Below are positions 7,729-15,163 of a stretch of DNA of 15,221 nucleotides, piece after piece. The stretch comes from Candidatus Firestoneibacteriota bacterium (GTDB taxonomy: Bacteria > Oederibacteriota > D2-FULL-39-29 > JBBTED01). The stretch is taken from NCBI GenBank assembly GCA_038042445.1, contig JBBTED010000149.1, forward strand, positions 1 through 15,221, written 5' to 3'. The notes beneath the pieces are model-generated. The model was not told the DNA's origin and made no database searches. It was given only the letters and a program-made list of their open reading frames with translations. A program made the translations under genes and the position numbers. Numbering within the stretch: position 1 is the stretch's first letter; each line of letters opens with the position of its first letter.

Positions 7729-8310
7729 ATGAGAAAAATAAATACTGTAGTGTTAATGCTTGTATTGCTTGTTGCCATATCTACTATTAGTTATGCAGAA
7801 AGCTTAACTCCATTTCAAAATTCTTGTGCTGTTTGTGGAATACTTGGATATTCGCTTCCATTATCACCATCTGGAGCGAATAGTTATAGCGAGAGTTATT
7901 TACCTGGTTATTTATTCGGCGGCGGTATAAAATATTCACTCAGCAATAATTTTTCACTTGCTTTGTTTTACGAAAATACATCTACACCACATAGAACTCA
8001 ATCTTCTGCTTATGTATCATTTAACCCTATTTATTTAGAAACAGAAATTTCTGTTGCAAACACAAATACAGAAAGATTTTTTATTATAGCAGGTGCAGGA
8101 TATTCTAAAAATAAAGTTGAGGGTTCTACTTCGCCTCAGGAATGGAATGGTGTTAACTTTATCGGAGGCGGGGGTTTTGAATATATGCTTAATAAAAAAT
8201 TTAGTTTAGAGTTTAATATAAAAGGTTTTGGATTTTTACCAGCTAACAAAGGGGATGATATCTTAGGTTTTTCGTCATTTACCTGTGTTATAAATTATTA
8301 TCTGATATGA
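7729..8310 (+). CDS. Small outer-membrane beta-barrel protein (OmpA-transmembrane/OmpW-like)
   Basis: 193 aa. Sec signal ending SYA-E, amphipathic Gly/aromatic strands (FGGGIKY, IAGAGYS, IGGGGFEY), aromatic C-terminal strand. Confidence 0.65.
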   Translation: MRKINTVVLMLVLLVAISTISYAESLTPFQNSCAVCGILGYSLPLSPSGANSYSESYLPGYLFGGGIKYSLSNNFSLALFYENTSTPHRTQSSAYVSFNPIYLETEISVANTNTERFFIIAGAGYSKNKVEGSTSPQEWNGVNFIGGGGFEYMLNKKFSLEFNIKGFGFLPANKGDDILGFSSFTCVINYYLI

Positions 8311-9857
8311 AAAAAATATTTTTGAAGTCTGGATTTATTTTAATCATTATATTTTTACAAAACATAGTGTTGTGTAATATTGCGTTGTGTGCAGAAGAAA
8401 GTGAAGAAAAATTAGTAAGTCCTACAGAATATAATTTCAAAACGTATTTTCACTCCAGAATTTCTTATAACATGATATCTAATACTACAGATTTATCCAG
8501 TGATAGTGATGATAATGCAGGATATTTATCCTATTTGTATGATATAGGTTTTTATCTTAAATATGCAGGTTCAACGGAATTTTTTTTGAAAATGGTACGT
8601 GCTACACGTTCAAATTATGATGCTCCTGTAAGTGGTAGTAAAATAGTAGTATGGCCTGGTTCTGAATTTGATAAATATACAAGCACTGAATCAATTTTGC
8701 CAAGAATTACAGAATACTGGCTTGATGTTCCTATTTTGGAATCTTCAATGAACACCAGATTTAAGGCAGGATTGTTTTCTAATATTCTTGGAAATGGATT
8801 TGTTGGCGGTAAATATGAAAACTATGGATTTTCGTTCTATAATACTTCTGGAAAAATTAAATATAACTTTCATACAGAAATAGCAGATTATAACAATAAA
8901 ATACTTTTAGGCCCTCATATTGAACAGGAGAAATTTTTTACATATAATGATACAAATGCGTATTTGGTATCTGCTGATTTTAGAATCAATATGGGCCATT
9001 TTAATTTTGAGCCGTATGTGAGTCTGCTTCGCGATACTACACAAAATAGTTCAAGAGAGAGTCTTATTGCTACTCCTACAGATGAAGATATACTTGGCAC
9101 AGCAGGTATGATGGGACTAATAAATTTTGATGAATTAACAGTAGATTTTGAATATGCAAAAAACTTTGGTAAAGCAATAAGTGCAAGCAAAAGTTATCCT
9201 GATGTTGCCCATAAAGGGTATCTTGTTTATGGCAATGTTTCTTATTCAATTTATGATATGTTAATACCAAAAGTAGGAATAATTATGGCTAGTGGAAACA
9301 AGATAACAGATGCTGATTTGGATGCTTTAAAATTAACTGGTGATACAAATAATGCGTTTTCTGTTTTTTCTCCATCAAATACAAATTTATTTGATACACA
9401 GTATCCAAAGAAAAGCGGTCCATTTATTGCTACAGGAAGCGGACATGCTATAAATTATGGAATTCCAAGACCGGGAACTTTTTCAAATGCAAATTTGCTT
9501 GAGAATTTAGACGCTAAATATATTGGGCTTTCAGCTGTGCCAATAAGTTATTTATATTTTTCTCTTGATTACTGGTTCTTGAAATCTATGGAAACTTATC
9601 CCGGAACAAATAGTTTGTCTAATGGAAGCAAAACAGAGTTTTCAAATAATTTGGGCTCAGAATTAGATTTATTTGGAAGTATACAAATTAGAAGCAATAT
9701 ATCATTTAATATTATATATGCATATTGGACACCCGGGGATTATTATAAAGAGCTCAGGAATCAATATTCCGGAACAGGGTTTACTCCTTTAGTTAGAGCT
9801 GATGGAATAGCAGATGGTATATCACAATTTGAAATAGGAGTAGAGTTTTTATTTTAA
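8307..9857 (+). CDS. Large outer-membrane beta-barrel protein, possibly alginate-export (AlgE)-like
   Basis: 516 aa. Signal peptide, many aromatic beta-strands, LGSELDL and YAYWTPGDYY segments resembling the AlgE-family C-terminus, and a C-terminal beta-signal EIGVEFLF. ATGA overlap with the upstream gene. Confidence 0.6.
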   Translation: MKKIFLKSGFILIIIFLQNIVLCNIALCAEESEEKLVSPTEYNFKTYFHSRISYNMISNTTDLSSDSDDNAGYLSYLYDIGFYLKYAGSTEFFLKMVRATRSNYDAPVSGSKIVVWPGSEFDKYTSTESILPRITEYWLDVPILESSMNTRFKAGLFSNILGNGFVGGKYENYGFSFYNTSGKIKYNFHTEIADYNNKILLGPHIEQEKFFTYNDTNAYLVSADFRINMGHFNFEPYVSLLRDTTQNSSRESLIATPTDEDILGTAGMMGLINFDELTVDFEYAKNFGKAISASKSYPDVAHKGYLVYGNVSYSIYDMLIPKVGIIMASGNKITDADLDALKLTGDTNNAFSVFSPSNTNLFDTQYPKKSGPFIATGSGHAINYGIPRPGTFSNANLLENLDAKYIGLSAVPISYLYFSLDYWFLKSMETYPGTNSLSNGSKTEFSNNLGSELDLFGSIQIRSNISFNIIYAYWTPGDYYKELRNQYSGTGFTPLVRADGIADGISQFEIGVEFLF

Positions 9858-9861
9858 ACAA

Positions 9862-10950
9862 ATGGATAAATTATTAACACATAAGAGATGTAGGCATATT
9901 GGATGTTATTCTATAATAATATTATTGTCTTATGTTTTGCTTTCAGGCTGTGCATCACGATTTGGAAATTTTAGAGGAGATAAAAAATTTGTACAAAATA
10001 AATATCAACTTGCTATAGCAGAATATAAAAGTGTGCTTAAAAAAGACCCGGACAATAAACAAGCACTTTCAATGCTTGCATGGAGTTATTTTAAAATGGG
10101 CGAGTATGAAGATGCTTTAGATGCTTTTGTAATATATCAGCAGTTATATCCAAAAGAAACAGAAGCATTAAATGGGTTAGGATGGAGTTATTTTAAAACA
10201 GGCAAATATGAGAAAGCAAAGCAGGATTTTAATAAGTCAATTAAAATAAATAAAAAGCAATCAGATCCGTATAATGGTCTTGGCTGGGTTTATCTTTCAG
10301 ATAAAGAAGAAATAGCCGCATTTAATAAATTTCAGGAAGCTTTAAAATATGATATAGAGAGCCCTGAAGCACACAGAGGTCTGGGCTACTATTATTTTTT
10401 CAAAGAGAATTATGATAATTCAATTATTGAGATGCGAAGGGTATTAAGAATTCAACCTGATTGGTTGGACTGTTTGGTTTTGATAGGGAAAAATTATCTT
10501 GCAAAAAAAGAATATGATGAAGCTGCAAAATGGTTTGAATGTTATTTAAAAGAAAAACCTGATGATTTAGATATAGTACTTCAGTTTTCTCAAATGGAAT
10601 TCTACAAGAAAGATTATGCAAGTGTTGTAAAATATTTATCATACCTGAAAATTAAAAAAATAGATAACCAAAAGGAATGGAGTTCTTATAGTTCTGCTTT
10701 ATCAATGCTTGGTTGGAGTTATTTCTACCAAGAGAATTATAAGGAATCTTTAAATGTATTTGGTTTATTAAAAAATTTACATAGTGAAAGTGATTATTAT
10801 GCTGATGTCCATGATGCTTTAGGATGGAATTACTTAAAACTGAAAAATTTAGATGAAGCATTTGCAGAATTTCAGATTGCATTGAAATTAGCACCAGAGT
10901 ATGCAAGTTCATTAGTGGGACTGGATGAACTCAAAAAGCTCAAAGAATAA
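9862..10950 (+). CDS. TPR-repeat lipoprotein
   Basis: 362 aa. Lipobox LLSGC and repeated ~34-aa TPR units (ALSMLAWSYF, ALNGLGWSYF, PYNGLGWVY, AHRGLGYYY, VHDALGWNY). Confidence 0.85.
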   Translation: MDKLLTHKRCRHIGCYSIIILLSYVLLSGCASRFGNFRGDKKFVQNKYQLAIAEYKSVLKKDPDNKQALSMLAWSYFKMGEYEDALDAFVIYQQLYPKETEALNGLGWSYFKTGKYEKAKQDFNKSIKINKKQSDPYNGLGWVYLSDKEEIAAFNKFQEALKYDIESPEAHRGLGYYYFFKENYDNSIIEMRRVLRIQPDWLDCLVLIGKNYLAKKEYDEAAKWFECYLKEKPDDLDIVLQFSQMEFYKKDYASVVKYLSYLKIKKIDNQKEWSSYSSALSMLGWSYFYQENYKESLNVFGLLKNLHSESDYYADVHDALGWNYLKLKNLDEAFAEFQIALKLAPEYASSLVGLDELKKLKE

Positions 10951-10957
10951 ACAAGAA

Positions 10958-11042
10958 GTCATTGCGATTCCTGTATCAAATAGTGTAGGGTGTGGCAATC
11001 TCAGTACGAAAATCGGGATTGCTTCACTTCGTTCGCAATGAC
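10958..11042. repeat. Palindromic REP/MITE-like intergenic element (GTCATTGCGA...TCGCAATGAC type)
   Basis: Perfect 10-bp terminal inverted repeat (10958-10967 and 11033-11042) and an internal stem GCAATCTC/GGGATTGC. Confidence 0.8.
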
Positions 11043-11065
11043 GACAAAATTTTGGAGGTGGTTTT

Positions 11066-12112
11066 ATGGTAAAGCAGTTGTTGGGTTGTGTGTTAGTATT
11101 ATTGTTGTTTGTTGCAGTTTGTCCATCTTTTGCAGGTGTGCCTCAGGTGGATCAGGCATGGGGTTACTACTATGCTGCAGATTATGCCAATGCAATAGTA
11201 AAGTTTAAAGAGGCATTAGACAGCAAAAAAGTTTCAAGCAAGGAAGTTTGGGCTGTTCATTCAGGTCTTGCATGGTCATACTACTGGAAAGGAGAAACAG
11301 ATAAAGCAAAAGAAGAATTTAATTTTGTTTTAAAAGATGCTTCTGATAATGCAGATGCGTTAAAAGGTATGGGTTTTTGTAATTTTGCTAAAAAGGATTA
11401 TGATAATGCAATAAAATCTCTTAAAAAATCTCTTGAGAAAGCTCCCGGTGATTATTATGCACAGGCAAATTTAGCATGGAGTTTTTGCTATAAAAAGGAT
11501 TATGATAATGCAAAAAAAGAATTTGGAAAAACAATTGATATATCAGCTTATTATGCTGAGAGTGCAGAATTTTTAAAAATATTAGATGAAAGAAAAGATT
11601 TCAATAGTTTGTATCTACAAGCAGGATGGATTTACTATGTATGGAAAGATTATGATGGTGCATTTAGAATATTCAATACCGCTATCACAAAAAATAAAGA
11701 TGACTGGGAAGCTTTGATGGGTATTGGATACACATATTATCAATACAAATTATATGATAAATCCATAAGCAATTTAGAAGCATCTTTAAAACTTAATAAA
11801 GAGTCTAAAAAAATCAAAGAAACTATTTTTGTTCCTGGAATATATGGAGAATTTTTAATTGAAAGTGATGCGACATCAACACTTGCATGGTGTTATTATA
11901 ACAAAGGAAATTATGATGTAGCAATTGAACTTTTCAAAAAGACGATTGCAAAGCATTCAGATTGGGTTGATGCGCATGATGGTTTGGCATGGTGTTACTA
12001 TGTGAAAAAAGATTTAAAATCTGCAGAAGGAGAATTTAACAAAGCGCTTAAACTTAATAAAAACTATGGAAGTTCTTTGCAAGGTTTAGCTGCAGTGAAG
12101 TCAGGAAAATAA
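11066..12112 (+). CDS. Exported TPR-repeat protein
   Basis: 348 aa. GGAGGT RBS at 11054-11059, signal peptide ending SFA-G, TPR units (VHSGLAWSYY, AQANLAWSF, ALMGIGYTYY, AHDGLAWCYY). Confidence 0.87.
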   Translation: MVKQLLGCVLVLLLFVAVCPSFAGVPQVDQAWGYYYAADYANAIVKFKEALDSKKVSSKEVWAVHSGLAWSYYWKGETDKAKEEFNFVLKDASDNADALKGMGFCNFAKKDYDNAIKSLKKSLEKAPGDYYAQANLAWSFCYKKDYDNAKKEFGKTIDISAYYAESAEFLKILDERKDFNSLYLQAGWIYYVWKDYDGAFRIFNTAITKNKDDWEALMGIGYTYYQYKLYDKSISNLEASLKLNKESKKIKETIFVPGIYGEFLIESDATSTLAWCYYNKGNYDVAIELFKKTIAKHSDWVDAHDGLAWCYYVKKDLKSAEGEFNKALKLNKNYGSSLQGLAAVKSGK

Positions 12113-12360
12113 TGACTGTAAAAATCCCTGAGGAGTTAAATCCTACAAAAAAGGGGTTTTTATTTGATCCTTATACTGGCCATACTTATACGTTGAATGC
12201 TACTGCTGCTTTTGTATTTAAAAAATTGCAGGAGGGCAAAAATATATCAGATATTACTAAAGTATTGGCTGATGAGTATAAGCTTGACGAGAAAAAAGTC
12301 TTAGAGGATATAAAAGATTTTGTAATGAACATAAAAGATTTTAACCTAACAAAAAAATAA
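12112..12360 (+). CDS. Stand-alone PqqD-family protein / RiPP recognition element (RRE)
   Basis: 82 aa with the PqqD pattern: GFLFDPYTGHTYTLNATAAFVF strands followed by helices I...LADEY.LD...VLEDIKDFV. TAATG overlap with the upstream TPR gene. Confidence 0.85.
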   Translation: MTVKIPEELNPTKKGFLFDPYTGHTYTLNATAAFVFKKLQEGKNISDITKVLADEYKLDEKKVLEDIKDFVMNIKDFNLTKK

Positions 12361-12368
12361 TTTCTTGT

Positions 12369-12414
12369 ACTCTCCTTATATTACCCCTCTTTGCTAAAGA
12401 GGGGTAAGGGGAGT
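12369..12414. repeat. Strong intergenic hairpin (REP-like or RNA-stability element)
   Basis: Perfect 12-bp stem TTACCCCTCTTT-GCT-AAAGAGGGGTAA (12381-12407), extendable by ACTCTCC/GGGGAGT. No U tract, so not a typical intrinsic terminator. Confidence 0.65.
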
Positions 12415-12438
12415 TGTATAAATCTTCCTTTAATAAAA

Positions 12439-13506
12439 ATGATAAAATATACTGTAGGTGTAACCGGGTTAAATGCTACAGACAATCCTGCTCCTGGTGT
12501 TCCTGTTATAAGGAGTATAAAGGATAGCCCTCTTTGGAAAGGTAAAATAGTTGGATTGGCTTATGACGCATTAGATACAGGTATATACAATAATGATTTA
12601 TTAGATGAAGTTTATCTTATTCCTTATCCAAGCGAGGGCGAAGAAAATTTACTTGCAAGATTAAAATATATCAAAGGTAAAACTGGGATTAATGTTATAA
12701 TTCCAACACTTGATTCTGAACTATCCAATTTTGCGCGTCTTGAACCTGAATTAAAAAAAATAAATGTCCACTTGCTTATTCCTTCTGAAAAAAAACTTAA
12801 ACTAAGAGCAAAAACCACTTTATATGAATTTTGCAGGAAAAATGGGTTTGATGTGCCTTATACAACTATTGTGCAGGAACCTGCAGAAATCGCAAAAAAA
12901 ATGTCCGATTTTAAATTTCCTGTTGCAATTAAAGGGGTGTTTTACGAGTCTTATACTGCTTGGACAATTGATGAAGCTATAGTATATTTTTGTAAAATAA
13001 AAGAGCGATGGGGTCTACCAATAATACTTCAGGAATATATAAAGGGTGAAGAATACGATGTTGTTGCACTTTGTGACAAGAAAAGTAAAGTTAAGGGTGC
13101 TGTTGCAATGCGGAAATTAAGAATCACAGATAAAGGTAAAGCATGGGCTGGAATAACAATAATGGATGAAAAGTTGCTTGACTTATCCAAAAATATACTT
13201 GAGAAATTAAAATGGACAGGACCACTTGAAATGGAATTTGTAAAAGATTCTTTGTCAAACAAATATTATCTGTTAGAGATAAATCCAAGATTTCCATCCT
13301 GGGTATATTTGGCTACAAGAGCTGGACAGAATTTACCTTTGGCTACTTTACTTCTTGCTTTAGATAAAGATACACTGCCTTTTGAAAAAGTTAAACCAGG
13401 TCTTACTTTTGTAAGACATGCAATTGATATGGTTTGTCCTATAGAATATTTAGAAGAATTAACTACAAAAGGAGAATTACTCTATAATACAAACCATAAA
13501 AAATAA
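12439..13506 (+). CDS. ATP-grasp carboxylate-amine ligase (CarB/biotin-carboxylase-like fold)
   Basis: ATP-grasp motifs FPVAIKG, ILQEYIKGEEY, LEMEF and YLLEINPRF. ATG 12439 (355 aa) is preferred because the TTG at 12391 lies inside the hairpin. Confidence 0.85.
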   Translation: MIKYTVGVTGLNATDNPAPGVPVIRSIKDSPLWKGKIVGLAYDALDTGIYNNDLLDEVYLIPYPSEGEENLLARLKYIKGKTGINVIIPTLDSELSNFARLEPELKKINVHLLIPSEKKLKLRAKTTLYEFCRKNGFDVPYTTIVQEPAEIAKKMSDFKFPVAIKGVFYESYTAWTIDEAIVYFCKIKERWGLPIILQEYIKGEEYDVVALCDKKSKVKGAVAMRKLRITDKGKAWAGITIMDEKLLDLSKNILEKLKWTGPLEMEFVKDSLSNKYYLLEINPRFPSWVYLATRAGQNLPLATLLLALDKDTLPFEKVKPGLTFVRHAIDMVCPIEYLEELTTKGELLYNTNHKK

Positions 13507-13536
13507 GATGCAGGTTTTATGTAGGGCAAGGCTTTA

Positions 13537-13656
13537 GAGCTTGTGCCAAAACCCTATTTTGTCATCCTGAACGAAGTGAAGGATCTCGTTTTTAAAAGAC
13601 TTTAAAGCGAGATTCTTCGGCTGTTGCCTCAGAATGACACCTTTTGGCACAGGCTC
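13537..13656. mobile_element. 120-bp MITE-like element with 15-bp TIRs and a TTTA target-site duplication
   Basis: Left TIR GAGCTTGTGCCAAAA (13537-13551) and right TIR TTTTGGCACAGGCTC (13642-13656) match at 14/15 positions. TTTA occurs at both 13533-13536 and 13657-13660. Confidence 0.8.
13560..13639. repeat. REP-like palindromic element nested in the MITE
   Basis: Termini TGTCATCCTGA...TCAGAATGACA and an inner stem GAAGGATCTCG/CGAGATTCTTC. The termini are related to the elements at 17-43 and 15164-15221. Confidence 0.75.
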
Positions 13657-13730
13657 TTTAGCCTTGCAATTGCAGTTAGCTTGTAGTAGTTAATCTTGAA
13701 TTGCAAAGTGGAGGTGTAAACAAATTAAAT

Positions 13731-15113
13731 ATGCGTGAAAAAAATAGTGTTAAAAATGTTTTTCCAGCAAAATATGAGAAGCCAACTATTGTTCGACATT
13801 CCGTAGGTCTTATGAATAAATTCGGCAGAATTCCCAATTCTGTTTCTTTTGGAAAAATTGATGGGGTTTCTATTACTGAACTTATGAATAATTTTGGTTC
13901 TCCGCTTTATGTTGTTTCTGAAGGTGCTTTAAGAAGAAAATATAAAGAAATGTATAGAGCATTTAGCTTAAGGTATCCAAAAGTTGTAATATCTTATTCA
14001 TACAAGACAAATTATTTATCAGGTGTATGCGCAATTTTGCATACAGAAGGTGCGTATGCTGAAGTTGTATCAGGTTTTGAATATGATATAGCAATGAGTT
14101 TATCTGTGCCTGGCAATAAAATTATATTTAATGGTCCGTATAAAACAAAAGCAGAACTAAAAAGAGCTATTGAAGGGACAAGCAAAATAAATATAGATTC
14201 TTATGAAGAGATGCAACTTATTGAAGAAATTGCTGAAGAATTGGGTAAAAAAGTAAAAATAGGTGTTAGAATAAATATGGAATTAAATTATCCTCCATGG
14301 GATAGATTTGGGTTCAATTTAGAATCAGGGCAGGCGTTTGAAGCAGTAAAAAGAGTTATGGCATCATCTCATTTGGAAGTATGTGGGCTTCACATACATG
14401 CAGGCACATATATCAGTGATGTAAATACATACTCAAAACTTGCTGAAAAACTTGTTTCATTTTGTGCAAAATTACAGAGTGAGTTAAATGTAAAATTGGA
14501 ATATTTGGATATTGGTGGAGGATATGCGTCAAAAAACACTTTGCATAATCAATGGATGTCTGCAGAATGGACCTGCCCGAGTTTTGACCAGTATGCTGAG
14601 GCAATATGCCCTATAATTTTAAAAGGTCCATTTAAGCCACAAAATATGCCAACACTAATTCTTGAACCAGGACGTTCAATAGTTGATGAAGCAATGTTTC
14701 TGCTTACATCAGTTGTTTCTGTAAAGAGATTGTCTAATGGTAGCAAAGGAGTTGTTATTGATGCAGGAGTAAATTTAATTCCTACGGCATGGTGGTATAG
14801 ACATGATATTCTTCCAATAAAAGAATGGTCCGGGATTACAGAAGATGTTGCAATTTTGGGACCTCTATGTATGCAAATAGATGTAATACGGCAAAATGTA
14901 TCGTTGCCGCCACTTGTTCGAGGCGATATTCTGGTAATAAAAAATGTTGGTGCATACAATTTTTCACAATCAATGCAATTTATTCAGCGAAGACCGCCAG
15001 TTATTTTAATAAATGAAGGAAATGTTGAACAGTTAAAGCAAGCAGAAACAACAGAATATATAAAACAACTTGAAAAAGTTCCAGACAGATTACTAAAATC
15101 TCCATATAAGTAA
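13731..15113 (+). CDS. Group IV (fold III) PLP-dependent decarboxylase, DAP-decarboxylase-like with atypical substrate site and N-terminal extension
   Basis: Motifs GSPLYV, PLP lysine in YSYKTN, FNGPYKT, HIHAGT, LDIGGG, EPGRSIV, GPLC and VGAY. ATG 13731 is preceded by GGAGGTG (13710-13716, long spacing); TTG 13701 is an alternative start. Confidence 0.85.
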   Translation: MREKNSVKNVFPAKYEKPTIVRHSVGLMNKFGRIPNSVSFGKIDGVSITELMNNFGSPLYVVSEGALRRKYKEMYRAFSLRYPKVVISYSYKTNYLSGVCAILHTEGAYAEVVSGFEYDIAMSLSVPGNKIIFNGPYKTKAELKRAIEGTSKINIDSYEEMQLIEEIAEELGKKVKIGVRINMELNYPPWDRFGFNLESGQAFEAVKRVMASSHLEVCGLHIHAGTYISDVNTYSKLAEKLVSFCAKLQSELNVKLEYLDIGGGYASKNTLHNQWMSAEWTCPSFDQYAEAICPIILKGPFKPQNMPTLILEPGRSIVDEAMFLLTSVVSVKRLSNGSKGVVIDAGVNLIPTAWWYRHDILPIKEWSGITEDVAILGPLCMQIDVIRQNVSLPPLVRGDILVIKNVGAYNFSQSMQFIQRRPPVILINEGNVEQLKQAETTEYIKQLEKVPDRLLKSPYK

Positions 15114-15163
15114 TAGCATTATGAAACATTAATGTCAAAGAGTCGGCGTATGCGAAAATGAAA

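Noticed and set aside
10990..11208. Cys-rich 72-aa ORF as a possible RiPP precursor
   Set aside because: It starts at a GTG inside a palindromic repeat and overlaps the TPR gene out of frame. The Cys residues come from the TGT-rich signal-peptide codons of that gene, and there is no leader motif.
12391..12438. TTG start for the ATP-grasp gene as given in the ORF track
   Set aside because: It lies inside the hairpin, and the recognisable domain begins at MIKYTVGVTG (12439).
6886..15016. Short minus-strand and alternative-frame ORFs within the plus-strand genes
   Set aside because: They are fully nested in longer, motif-supported CDSs and have no independent support.
15132..15161. Tiny ORF MSKSRRMRK after the decarboxylase as a precursor
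   Set aside because: Only 9 codons, with no RBS and no RRE recognition motif.
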